Shown: positions 9,060 to 17,807, counted from the stretch's first letter. The stretch: DNA of 34,645 nt from a virus (IMGVR_UViG_3300037519_000030:1-34645), one strand, 5' to 3'. Notes: generated by a model from the letters alone, not told the origin. A program made the numbers and translations.

Positions 9060-9695
9060 TTAAAATGGTGCTTCATTATCATCTTCGCCAAGCCAAGCGG
9101 TTTCAACTGGTGCTCCAACATTAGGCTTAAATGGCTGAGAGATTCTTGCGATGTACTCATCTGAAATCTTGATTTTATCTTGAATAAAGTCGGGCAACTT
9201 TAAGAAGGTAACTTCATCGTGCTCTTGCGTGTTATACATTAGCGGCTCGTTAAATGCAGGAGGGCAAACTAAGCCTTTAGGAAGCGGCGATATTCCAATT
9301 ATGTTAGCGTATGTCGCATCGCCTTTTGTAACGTGGGTGATGTTTAAAAGGCAAGCCTTGCCGATTAATGAGAAGATGTCAAACTTTGCAGCGGTCTCAT
9401 CGGGCATCTTCTTTCCTGCCCAAGATTCGATGTCGCGTCTTAGCACTGACTTGCTATTCATTGACAAGTTGTAGATTGCTCTTGCGTAGAAAGGCTTCAA
9501 GCCTTCGCCTTTTTCAAACTCGTAAGTTTCTGTCGGCAGCTCAAATATTAATTGAACTTTGCGTTTCTTTCCTGGGAACTGCCCTTGTTGCATGGTAGTT
9601 CCTAAGTCGACAATTTGGTAACATCTTGCAGGAAATGCGCCTTCGGGCGCAATCTGACGGGAGGTGTTATTCCCGATGGGTGCTGTTAAAGCCAT
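9060..9695 (-). CDS. Putative ssDNA-binding/replication protein (NGO0469-like)
   Basis: PEGAFPARCYQIVDLGT...FELP and an SSB-like acidic C-terminus EDDNEAPF. Confidence 0.65.
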   Translation of the reverse strand: MALTAPIGNNTSRQIAPEGAFPARCYQIVDLGTTMQQGQFPGKKRKVQLIFELPTETYEFEKGEGLKPFYARAIYNLSMNSKSVLRRDIESWAGKKMPDETAAKFDIFSLIGKACLLNITHVTKGDATYANIIGISPLPKGLVCPPAFNEPLMYNTQEHDEVTFLKLPDFIQDKIKISDEYIARISQPFKPNVGAPVETAWLGEDDNEAPF

Positions 9696-9700
9696 AGTGA

Positions 9701-10000
9701 TTATTTATTAAGTGATTGATTAATTACAATTGAATCGAAGGCTATCATTGCCTCCTCGAATACCTTGCGATATTTATGATGAAATTCTGCTTTGGAGCTT
9801 TCGAAGTACAAGCGATTGCAGTAAGGCACATCTTGTATCTTCTCTTTGCTGAACTGCCTTGCAACAGTGATAGCATCTAAGTCGCATCTTTGGAAGATGC
9901 CCTGCTTGCAGCCATCGTCTACGATGCAAAGTAGCAAGTTTTGAAGATGGTCGTACTGCCAAAATTGTGTGTTGTCGAATGATTTAAAATATGTTTTCAT
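9701..10000 (-). CDS. Hypothetical early protein
   Basis: Clean ORF on the coding strand. Confidence 0.65.
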   Translation of the reverse strand: MKTYFKSFDNTQFWQYDHLQNLLLCIVDDGCKQGIFQRCDLDAITVARQFSKEKIQDVPYCNRLYFESSKAEFHHKYRKVFEEAMIAFDSIVINQSLNK

Positions 10001-10014
10001 AGGGTTAAAATAGT

Positions 10015-10033
10015 GGGCGGTAATTAGCCGCCC
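10015..10033 (-). terminator. Hairpin, probable weak terminator
   Basis: GGGCGG-CTAATTA-CCGCCC followed by ACTATTTT. Confidence 0.5.
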
Positions 10034-10042
10034 GATTAGTGA

Positions 10043-10237
10043 TTAGTGATTAATATCGTTGCCAAGTTTATAAGCGCATAAGATAACTCCTTCAAGTTTT
10101 TTCATAGAAGTTACTAATCCATTGCCCGTATAAATTACATAAATAGTATTTTGTAATTTCCAAGATAATTCTCTTGCTTCCTCTGAAACAAGTTTATAAC
10201 TTAAAGTTTCTTTGATGTTTGCTGTTTCGATTTTCAT
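10043..10237 (-). CDS. Hypothetical AT-rich early protein (64 aa)
   Basis: First ATG downstream of the promoter at 10271-10301. Confidence 0.65.
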   Translation of the reverse strand: MKIETANIKETLSYKLVSEEARELSWKLQNTIYVIYTGNGLVTSMKKLEGVILCAYKLGNDINH

Positions 10238-10249
10238 AGTGAGTAAATG

Positions 10250-10313
10250 TTTGATTGAATAATTATAGGGCAAATGTAAAACTATATTTTAAATACGCAA
10301 TACATAAACAAAA
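10250..10313 (-). promoter_or_regulatory. Main early promoter (ATTG-N19-TACATTTG), copy A of a 64-bp inverted repeat
   Basis: -7 box at 10271-10278 and -33 at 10298-10301; 58/64 identical to 20014-20077. Confidence 0.8.
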
Positions 10314-10377
10314 ATAAATGCAAAATATTTTTATCTCGCAATGCAAGTCGCTGATTATCAGCCTATTTATTTTGTGC

Positions 10378-11001
10378 TTATTTTGCCGCCTTAGCTACCC
10401 CAAAGCCGATTAAAGCTCCAACACCTACTTTGAAAGCAGTTGTTTGATACCACTTCTTCTCCTGCTTGATGTAGATGTTATTCATTCCAGTAATCTGCAT
10501 TGATGGGTTATCGATGCGCATACGAATCACTTTATCTCTGCGCTTAAATAATCCTTTGCGAATTGTATCACCAACGGCATAAGTAAAATCGGCATTCATA
10601 ATTAAGCTATCAATCTGCAAGTTGCCTTTAGTGGTTAGCTGCCCACCGATTACCCAAAACTTCTCAGCCTTGTAGAACTTTAAAGGCAATCGCAAGTGCG
10701 GCACTCGGTCGATGATAACAGTATCAGCAACCTTGAACTCGGTCTTAATTACTGTGCGCGTTTTAAACTTTACCACCTCAACGGGATTCTGTAATTCCAA
10801 TTCGAGTGCTGCAATCTGCTTTGCTTGCATTGACTCTTTAGAGTTGCTCTGCGCTATTATCTGCGCCTGCGTTGCAATAGTTGTGCTATCCTCGAATCGA
10901 GTTGTTGTAAGCTCGCAAGGTGCAGGCTGATTAGCGCAAGTTCTAATTAAGAGCAGCAGCAGTATGAGGCAGATTGTTATCAATAGCTTGTTGTAGTCCA
11001 T
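10378..11001 (-). CDS. Putative spanin-like lysis protein
   Basis: N-terminal hydrophobic stretch ending LIRTC, a short coiled coil, a beta-rich middle, and a C-terminal hydrophobic Gly-rich segment; last gene of the lysis block. Confidence 0.5.
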   Translation of the reverse strand: MDYNKLLITICLILLLLLIRTCANQPAPCELTTTRFEDSTTIATQAQIIAQSNSKESMQAKQIAALELELQNPVEVVKFKTRTVIKTEFKVADTVIIDRVPHLRLPLKFYKAEKFWVIGGQLTTKGNLQIDSLIMNADFTYAVGDTIRKGLFKRRDKVIRMRIDNPSMQITGMNNIYIKQEKKWYQTTAFKVGVGALIGFGVAKAAK

Positions 11002-11143
11002 CTTTTATAAGTTTAAAAAGTTTCTTTTTGCTTTTCTCCAGTAGCCTCTTATTTTTAACTTCCGCCTCTAAAATATTGAGTGCCACGCAAACTGGCATAA
11101 AGTTCTCAACTACGTGCAGCGATAGCTTCTCCTCAATTGTCAT
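10943..11143 (-). CDS. Hypothetical small basic helical protein
   Basis: ATGA-coupled to the PAS-HisKA gene. Confidence 0.6.
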   Translation of the reverse strand: MTIEEKLSLHVVENFMPVCVALNILEAEVKNKRLLEKSKKKLFKLIKDGLQQAIDNNLPHTAAALN

Positions 11144-11700
11144 ATCTCGCGCGATGCTTTTTTTATCAATTGGCGCATTGCCTCATCGAGCTTATCAACG
11201 CAGGCATCCACCATTTCAAGCAGTGCAATCTTCTCATCATCAACATTGGTGTCTCGTAGCATCTTAGTAAGTGGTTTGATATTAACGAATGGCTGCCGCA
11301 ATTCGTGCGATAAGATAAATCGAAACTCCTCAAGCAATGCTCGCTGCCTTTCATATTCGTGCGCTGTGATACTGGATACATCAACGAGCTGAATGCCAAT
11401 AAAAGTTATTCTTGTGCCAATTGCGAAGCAGTTCCAAACATTATAGCGATGCACTAAATTTTTATGCTTTGTTCTTGCATAAACTCTTGCAGGGTCAGGC
11501 GATTGTTTCTTGGCTTTTTTTATTGCCTCAATAAAATCTTCGCGGTCAGTTTCAATATCAATTATGTCGATAATCTTCTTAGGCTGAATGTGACTTGCAT
11601 AGCTCTTGAATAAGCTATTATTACTTATTATGTTGCCATCCATATCAGTGACAACATAAAATAAATCAAGGTTATTCTCTAAGATGAATAGTAGAGACAT
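11140..11700 (-). CDS. PAS-like domain plus HisKA (DHp) domain protein lacking HATPase
   Basis: YVVTDMDGNIISNNSLF (PAS start), GIQLVDVS (PAS end), H-box FILSHELRQPF with His132; ends after the second DHp helix. Confidence 0.8.
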   Translation of the reverse strand: MSLLFILENNLDLFYVVTDMDGNIISNNSLFKSYASHIQPKKIIDIIDIETDREDFIEAIKKAKKQSPDPARVYARTKHKNLVHRYNVWNCFAIGTRITFIGIQLVDVSSITAHEYERQRALLEEFRFILSHELRQPFVNIKPLTKMLRDTNVDDEKIALLEMVDACVDKLDEAMRQLIKKASREI

Positions 11701-12146
11701 TGGCGAAGTTCAGTGTATAGTTTCCCCCAAGAAGCAAGCGAGTTGTAAAGCCAGTAAGCGGTGAGTAATATCGTAAAGCTAAACAGCAATCCCATAACTG
11801 GCGCATCTATTGTATCCTTATGCTCAATCAACGTCTTAGGCTTTATCTCGATGCGCTGATATGGCTTAGGATGCACCAAGAATGGCGAGGTGCTCGGAGT
11901 GATTGTATCGCTTGCGTAGATGTCGTGAATCATAGGCGTTTCTTGGTGCGGCATATTATAATAATCGTGCGCAAGTTCGTAGGTTTGACCCCATTGGTCA
12001 ACTGCGTATTGCTTGCCAAAGATAGTGAACTTTTGCACTGGCTCGCCATAGTGCCAAACTTCATAATGCGTGTGCATCTTGCAGCCTTTGCCTAAGATGC
12101 AGTTGTCGCTAAGAGTAACGATGGTATCAGTTCTTTCAGTTATCAT
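11679..12146 (-). CDS. Hypothetical membrane protein with one C-terminal TM helix
   Basis: TM segment VMGLLFSFTILLTAYWLY; N-terminal CILGKGCKMHTH Cys/His cluster. Confidence 0.65.
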   Translation of the reverse strand: MITERTDTIVTLSDNCILGKGCKMHTHYEVWHYGEPVQKFTIFGKQYAVDQWGQTYELAHDYYNMPHQETPMIHDIYASDTITPSTSPFLVHPKPYQRIEIKPKTLIEHKDTIDAPVMGLLFSFTILLTAYWLYNSLASWGKLYTELRQCLYYSS

Positions 12147-12336
12147 CTTGGTTGGCTTTAGGAATATAACCTGCGGCAATCATAGCTGCCACAATAGCGG
12201 CAAGTGTCTCGGTAGAAATCGCTTTAAAAATCAGCGCAAAGACGCTTGATAGAATTACCAGTGAGCCGATTGTCGACCTCCAGTGCTTAACAACAATATC
12301 TACCATCTGCCTTGACTTGCTGATTTTTCTTCGCAT
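12136..12336 (-). CDS. Putative holin (two TM helices)
   Basis: 66 aa, basic N-terminus, two hydrophobic helices, adjacent to the lysozyme. Confidence 0.65.
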   Translation of the reverse strand: MRRKISKSRQMVDIVVKHWRSTIGSLVILSSVFALIFKAISTETLAAIVAAMIAAGYIPKANQDDN

Positions 12337-12341
12337 AGAGT

Positions 12342-12797
12342 TTATACGCTCTTGGAGAAATAAAGTTCTGCTTCTAATGTTCTGCGCTTAACCAAGCCGT
12401 TGACCTTTTTGCCGCCTGCATTTACCCACTTTCCAAACTCTCTTGAGATTGCAGGGTCGGCAGGATTCGCTTTTACTTTGGTTAGTAATGTTGACTTAGC
12501 AAGCGCACCAGTTCCAAGATTAAAAGCAAAAGACACCAACGCATCAAACTGATTTTGGTTGACTGCTGTTGTATTAAGCAGTGCGCTAACATTCTGCTCG
12601 AAGTCGCGCACTGTTTTACGCAAGAGCGCATCTGCCTGCTCTTTGGTAATCTTATCTCCCATCTTAACCTTTTGGTCGTTCGCATAATAGGTGCTGCCGT
12701 AGCCGATAGTTGGCACGTTAGCACTGCAAAGGTAAGCAGTAAGCCGCAAGCCTTCGAATGATTTAATTAGCTCAAGACCTTTAGGGGAGGTGGTCAT
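12342..12797 (-). CDS. Endolysin, GH24 lysozyme
   Basis: IKSFEGLRLTAYLCSANVPTIGYG (E15-x8-C24-x5-T30), QNQFDALVSFAFNLG, GLVKRR. Confidence 0.95.
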   Translation of the reverse strand: MTTSPKGLELIKSFEGLRLTAYLCSANVPTIGYGSTYYANDQKVKMGDKITKEQADALLRKTVRDFEQNVSALLNTTAVNQNQFDALVSFAFNLGTGALAKSTLLTKVKANPADPAISREFGKWVNAGGKKVNGLVKRRTLEAELYFSKSV

Positions 12798-13264
12798 TAT
12801 GGATAAACGCGGATTTCGATGGGCGTATATGCTAAAACACCATTTGCAGCGTTTAAAGAATTATCAAGAGTATAAATATAAAACGGTCCTTCAAATGTCA
12901 TATATCTTATTGCAGGAGTAACTTCAACCATTGTTGCAGTGTCTCCAAGATTAGTAATACTATACCAAGTTTTTAATTTATCCCACGCAACCGTATTTTC
13001 TATTTCATAAATTCCCACACTTAAATAAGAAAATGTAATTACTCCATCTAAAGTATTTTCCAAAACAATTACTGTAGGCGCATCAGTTCCTATTTGTGAA
13101 ACCAATGCACTATACACCTTATAAGGTCTTATATTCCCAACCTCAATCTTCTTGGTTGTTCCTTCGGGCGATGAAGTCGTGTCGCTTACATCAACAATAC
13201 ATAAGTAGTCATCAGTTGCCGCTGTTGCGAGAGCTGTTAAGTCTGTTATTTTTATTCCTGCCAT
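12797..13264 (-). CDS. Putative virion accessory (decoration/fibre) protein
   Basis: N-terminal KITDL...DDYLCIVD...TTKKI segment followed by a beta-rich YKVYSALVSQ...LENTL...IEIRVYP domain; at the end of the structural block. Confidence 0.55.
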   Translation of the reverse strand: MAGIKITDLTALATAATDDYLCIVDVSDTTSSPEGTTKKIEVGNIRPYKVYSALVSQIGTDAPTVIVLENTLDGVITFSYLSVGIYEIENTVAWDKLKTWYSITNLGDTATMVEVTPAIRYMTFEGPFYIYTLDNSLNAANGVLAYTPIEIRVYP

Positions 13265-13269
13265 AGTTT

Positions 13270-13440
13270 CTAAAAGTTTAGTATAAAGAAAACCGCCTCG
13301 CTTGAGGTCGGGAAAGTTATGTTATTAATGGTGTACTGGTCAACGCTGATAAGCATAATGCCCTGCTCGGTTTCAAGATGGAAGGTGTTATCATCTACCA
13401 CTTCGCAAAACTGCCCCTCTGTAATGTCTATGTTTATCAT
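13270..13440 (-). CDS. Hypothetical 56-aa protein (not in ORF track)
   Basis: MINIDITEGQFCEVVDDNTFHLETEQG...FILNF; ATGA-coupled to the fibre gene and fills the gap. Confidence 0.7.
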   Translation of the reverse strand: MINIDITEGQFCEVVDDNTFHLETEQGIMLISVDQYTINNITFPTSSEAVFFILNF

Positions 13441-16166
13441 TGCTTAATAATTTGGAAGTAAGAGATAATTGTTGAATCACCAATCGCTGCATTCTGAATT
13501 GCAAAGATAATATATTGGTTGACTGTCCAATCAATATTAGAATTTGTTTGCACCCCGTTAAAGTTACCTGCGTCGCCAAATAAACTTGATGCTGCATTGA
13601 TTGTCTGTGTTACAGTTGCACTTTTAATCAGCACTTGCCTTTCTGTTCCTAAGTAGTTGTTGGTTGTATTCGTTGTTGTACTTGTTGCAATTAGCGTAGC
13701 GGCTGGCACTGTCAACGAATCGGCAGTGTTGATGTACATTCTTAATGTTGTTAAGCCAGTTGTAGTTGTTTTACCAAACCTGCATTTTATTTCTATTATA
13801 TCACCAACAGCAAAAGTATTTGCAGGCACTAACTGACTTACAACTTTTGTATTTGCCGTTGTACCAGTTACTGCTGCTTGGTTGTTTAAGTCTTTATAAA
13901 TTGATGAAGTCTTATTGTTAAAGGTAGTCCAATTAGCAGCAGTCAAAAATCCCTTGTTGCTTGCGCTTGCTGCTTGCCCATTTGCATAGTCGATGCTTAT
14001 CACTCCTGCCGTTGCCTCAAAATCATTTGCAGTAAAAGCCGCAGCCCCTTTAGTTGTTCCGTCTGCTGCTGCATCTGCTATGCTTATTGCAGGAGTTGTT
14101 CCTCCGCTTGATGCAATTGGAGATGTTCCGCTAACATTGGTAACAGTGCCATTGCCCTTGTTGTTGAATGTTGTCCAATCAGCCGAGCTTAATGCGCCTC
14201 TATTTGCTGCGCTTGCAGTTGGCAAGTTGAAAGTATGAGTATCAGTTGCGGAAGATATCGCAAAGTCAGTGCCCGAAGTTCCTACCACTAAGGTCTGCGC
14301 CGCTGCGGTTAAGCTATTTATAGCAGTGATGCCAGTGCCTGCCATTATACCACTCTGCTGAGTTACTGTTAGAACAACAGATGCAGTTGATGGAGGAGGA
14401 TTTCCTGCGGGTTCAAATGAAATAAAAACAGCTAAATCTTGGGTGCTCCAAACAAACTCATAATAGTCTCCTGCTACAACATCTAATAAAAAGTTCCAAG
14501 ATGGTAATATGTGCCCATCAAAACTACCGTGCTTTTTTGGAACAAGCACAATTCCTGATGAGCCTGCTACATCAACTCCGTTTTTTCTAAGCCATATAGT
14601 AACATCGTGTTCTGATGCTGTTGGATTTCTAAACTGCGCCGACCATTGAATATTGTATATGCCAGTATTTGCAATTGTAACGCGAGAGCCGCTTACAACA
14701 GTTACTTGATTTGATAAGTCGGTTACTCCTAACAACATTGGATAACCAGTATTGATAACAGTAGCAAATTGGTCTGTCACATCTGAAAACGCACCATAGT
14801 AACCTAATGGAGTTGGTGTAGCAGTGTTATTCAATACCCCTGCGCCCGTTAATGTCAAGCCGCTGCCAATTGCAATCTCCTCCATTATGCCAGTGCTTGG
14901 AGAATATCTACCTACAAGGTTCTGAGTTGCCATTGATGTTGTAACAGTTCCGCTTGCGGTAATTGGACCGCCAGATATTAAGCCAGCAGTTGCAACCGAT
15001 GTAACTGTGCCATTTGTCAGCGTTGGAAATAATGTCGGTGTTCCCGTTCCATCTAAGTAGTCGGCATTTGTTCCCGTTGGCACATCGAACTTGCCGTTAA
15101 AAGTATTCCAATCAGTCGAGCTGAGGTAGCCGTCGCTTGCTGCCCCTGCCTGACTGATTGAAATATCGGGAGTTGCTCCGCCGCTTGAAGCTATCGGAGC
15201 TGTAGCAGTAACATCCTCAACGATAGTTGCAGGAAGCACTGGAATAGTCGGCTTGTTTAATATCTGATTGTTGCCGCTTGTTGAATTCCAATCAATTGGC
15301 TGCTGAATAGTTTGTAAGCCTACTCCCAGATTAACCCAATAAGTTGCATTAGTTGGAAGTATTGAATCATTTGCTGCTATACAGCGATAAACATTGCCGT
15401 TATACCAAACAGTATTACCAACCGCATAAGCATTGCCATTAGCTGCTAAGTGGTCTGTGGTAAATTGCAAAGCTATCAATGCTCCTCCACCGCCTCCGCC
15501 GCCGATTGCCACCAATGGGTCTTCTGCCGTTCCGTTTCCGATTATTGTAACACCATCAACAGCAACTTCGGTTAAACAAGGTGTGCAAGGTTGTAAGTCG
15601 GGTAATGGAATATCGCCAGTAGCGCAAGTATCATAGCAGCCATCTTCTGAACTGGTGATTACTTGCACATCGACATCAACACTAACGCAAGCCCATTCGT
15701 AGTTTGCAGTTAATGTCTTAATCTCGTTTATGTATCCCGATGGTACAACCTCGTAGTTAATAACCCCTATGCTCTGCTTAAATAGTGGGTCAGTGCCTGA
15801 GCTAAGTTTGTAGATTCTTGAAGCAAGCCAGTCCTGAGCATCTTCGCTGTCGCAAGGAAGATGAGATTTGCGCACGATAGCATAAGCAGTTAGCGGAAAG
15901 GTTGTAATATACAACTGCTTGCAGCCGCTCATCTTATAAGAATCAGTCTTACTAACTGTTACCTTGCTTCGCTTAGCCCAAAATAGCGTACCATTCTTAG
16001 CATCAAAGTTGGTAACAACCTCAGCCTGCCCATTGCCGATGTAATGCACCCAAGCCTTATCGTTGCCGTTTGCATTAAGCTCGCATAAGCCGAACTGCTT
16101 ATCGAAGATATTAGCTACCTCGATGCGCTGATTTAGCCTTTCAATTATTGTGCGTAGTAGATTCAT
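13437..16166 (-). CDS. Modular fibre-like structural protein with an N-terminal globular (tail-completion-like) domain
   Basis: Poly-Gly linker, CBM5/12-like motif, repeated PIASSGG and WxTFNxK units, C1q/BclA-like domain (YYGAFSD...GIYNIQWSAQF). Confidence 0.7.
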   Translation of the reverse strand: MNLLRTIIERLNQRIEVANIFDKQFGLCELNANGNDKAWVHYIGNGQAEVVTNFDAKNGTLFWAKRSKVTVSKTDSYKMSGCKQLYITTFPLTAYAIVRKSHLPCDSEDAQDWLASRIYKLSSGTDPLFKQSIGVINYEVVPSGYINEIKTLTANYEWACVSVDVDVQVITSSEDGCYDTCATGDIPLPDLQPCTPCLTEVAVDGVTIIGNGTAEDPLVAIGGGGGGGALIALQFTTDHLAANGNAYAVGNTVWYNGNVYRCIAANDSILPTNATYWVNLGVGLQTIQQPIDWNSTSGNNQILNKPTIPVLPATIVEDVTATAPIASSGGATPDISISQAGAASDGYLSSTDWNTFNGKFDVPTGTNADYLDGTGTPTLFPTLTNGTVTSVATAGLISGGPITASGTVTTSMATQNLVGRYSPSTGIMEEIAIGSGLTLTGAGVLNNTATPTPLGYYGAFSDVTDQFATVINTGYPMLLGVTDLSNQVTVVSGSRVTIANTGIYNIQWSAQFRNPTASEHDVTIWLRKNGVDVAGSSGIVLVPKKHGSFDGHILPSWNFLLDVVAGDYYEFVWSTQDLAVFISFEPAGNPPPSTASVVLTVTQQSGIMAGTGITAINSLTAAAQTLVVGTSGTDFAISSATDTHTFNLPTASAANRGALSSADWTTFNNKGNGTVTNVSGTSPIASSGGTTPAISIADAAADGTTKGAAAFTANDFEATAGVISIDYANGQAASASNKGFLTAANWTTFNNKTSSIYKDLNNQAAVTGTTANTKVVSQLVPANTFAVGDIIEIKCRFGKTTTTGLTTLRMYINTADSLTVPAATLIATSTTTNTTNNYLGTERQVLIKSATVTQTINAASSLFGDAGNFNGVQTNSNIDWTVNQYIIFAIQNAAIGDSTIISYFQIIKQ

Positions 16167-16624
16167 TATTTCGATATATTGTTTGCGATTTGTTCTGCTA
16201 ATAGTTCTGCGTGAAGTTCAAGCATATATTTTTGCTCCTCATCTGTTGGTTTAAAGATAGTGCCGTATAGCTTCTCCAATCCTGCAACCTTGCCTGCCTC
16301 ATCTGCTGTTGTGTAAACGTCTGAATTGAAACCTTGATTAAATACGGAAGTCGCATCTGTTGCAAACGACCTCTTTAAAAAGCCCGTAAGTTCCAATGGT
16401 GGTCTGCCGTTCTTTTGCTTGATTAGCGCATAAGCAGGAGTATAAGGTTTAGTTGGTAGCTTTGCCCCATCTCTATTGCTTCCGCCACTTGTCCCCGTTC
16501 CAAAGATGCGAATGTACATTATACGCCGCATATCTTGCACCGCGAAAAATAGCGGAGTAAAGCCGCCACTCCACTCTGCAAAGAGTGCATTAATTCTTTC
16601 GCTTACTTCTTTAGGTGTTGCCAT
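16166..16624 (-). CDS. Putative neck/virion morphogenesis protein
   Basis: YTPAYALIKQKNGR..LELTGFLKRS motif; position after the adaptor; TAATG coupling. Confidence 0.55.
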   Translation of the reverse strand: MATPKEVSERINALFAEWSGGFTPLFFAVQDMRRIMYIRIFGTGTSGGSNRDGAKLPTKPYTPAYALIKQKNGRPPLELTGFLKRSFATDATSVFNQGFNSDVYTTADEAGKVAGLEKLYGTIFKPTDEEQKYMLELHAELLAEQIANNISK

Positions 16625-17661
16625 TATGGAAGTGCTGTTACATACTTCATATTCTTGCGGCAATCAAAGCAATTACTATCATCAGGCAGTCGCATATTTT
16701 GCAACATCGCTGCAAGCTCTTCATTGTATCTTGTTGCTGCGACATCGCGAGCTGCTATCATACCATCGTTAGGGTCTGATGTTGCGAAACCATTGTTTAC
16801 ACTTACTGTTGTATTTACCCTTTGATTCGGGCTGATTTGTAAGCCATAATTAAATATCTCAACCGCAGTTGCATAAGCTAAAGGCATCGCCATTAAGCCG
16901 CCGATGCTGCAAAGCCATGCCTCTCTGTCGCAGTTGACATTGTAAACCATTGACATACCTTGCGTGTATTTTTTAGTCTTAGAACTTAGCACATTGAAGC
17001 CGTCTGTTGTTAGCTCAATTCCAATTGCATCTACAAACGGGCAGATATGAACGGCTCTTATTCCGCCCCCGCAATCATAGCAACTGCCCTTCTTAGTTAT
17101 CATCTTAGTTGTATCGTATAACGATTCGTAAACAAACGCTAAATCTAACTTCCTGCGATTCGCTTTGTAAGTCCTGCCGATAAACTCCTCAACCGCTTCT
17201 GATTGATAAAAGAATGAATCGACTAACTTCTGCGTAGTCATATCAAATACAAATATCTCAACTGGCGTTGACATCGTATATATGTCAATCTGCAAGCTCG
17301 ATAAATAGAAGTTTAAAAAGCTCAATTGATTTGGGTCAATTGTTACTCTGATGCCTGCATACTTTCCTGCACCAAGAGCTAAGTCAATGTTGCTTGCGTT
17401 GGTCAGCACTTGTCCAATCCTTTTGCTATCAATTACAGTGTCAGCCTTCATCATTGGAGACAATCGGCTCAGCATATCGCTTGACATTTTCTTCCAAGCA
17501 AAAGCGAGCTTCGCATCAAACAGCTCCACTCCGCTCATATATTGATTAGTGATTAGCTGACCTAATAAAGTTTGATTGATGCCCAAGTCATCTATGTACA
17601 AGCCAGTGGTCGGCTCAGGTCTATCGCATCCCTTTAATCCAAGTAATTTATCGTAGCACAT
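16624..17661 (-). CDS. Putative head-tail adaptor
   Basis: Immediately downstream of the major capsid gene; 345 aa, Cys-rich. Confidence 0.5.
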   Translation of the reverse strand: MCYDKLLGLKGCDRPEPTTGLYIDDLGINQTLLGQLITNQYMSGVELFDAKLAFAWKKMSSDMLSRLSPMMKADTVIDSKRIGQVLTNASNIDLALGAGKYAGIRVTIDPNQLSFLNFYLSSLQIDIYTMSTPVEIFVFDMTTQKLVDSFFYQSEAVEEFIGRTYKANRRKLDLAFVYESLYDTTKMITKKGSCYDCGGGIRAVHICPFVDAIGIELTTDGFNVLSSKTKKYTQGMSMVYNVNCDREAWLCSIGGLMAMPLAYATAVEIFNYGLQISPNQRVNTTVSVNNGFATSDPNDGMIAARDVAATRYNEELAAMLQNMRLPDDSNCFDCRKNMKYVTALP

Positions 17662-17678
17662 TGGTTAAATTTTATTTG

Positions 17679-17686
17679 CAAATATA
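17679..17686 (-). promoter_or_regulatory. -7 box TATATTTG directly after the capsid terminator
   Basis: 17 nt upstream of ATG 17661. Confidence 0.55.
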
Positions 17687-17714
17687 AAAAAAAAGGAGAG
17701 GCATACACCTCTCC
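17686..17714 (-). terminator. Intrinsic terminator after the major capsid gene
   Basis: GGAGAGGT-GTAT-GCCTCTCC followed by T9. Confidence 0.85.
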
Positions 17715-17720
17715 AATTTT

Positions 17721-17807
17721 CTATTGCGTTAGAAGATTATCTCCGCCCTCGCTCAACAACTCATCCGAGCTTTCGCTCAGTAGAGGCTGTGAGCCTACTA
17801 CGGGTTT
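17721..17807 (-). other. Predicted -1 frameshift extension of the major capsid protein (26 aa)
   Basis: A_AAC_CCG_TAG_TAG; the -1 frame reads VVGSQPLLSESSDELLSEGGDNLLTQ and stops 6 nt before the terminator hairpin. Confidence 0.65.

Noticed and set aside
11679-11730. Frameshift fusion of the TM protein to PAS-HisKA at TGG GGG AAA C, giving a membrane sensor
   Set aside because: The required -1 frame meets a TGA (CAC TGA) before the PAS ATG, and the heptamer is out of phase.
12342-12797. SAR endolysin regulated by disulfide, suggested by the catalytic Cys
   Set aside because: No N-terminal hydrophobic SAR segment and only one Cys; E-x8-C-x5-T is a known GH24 variant.
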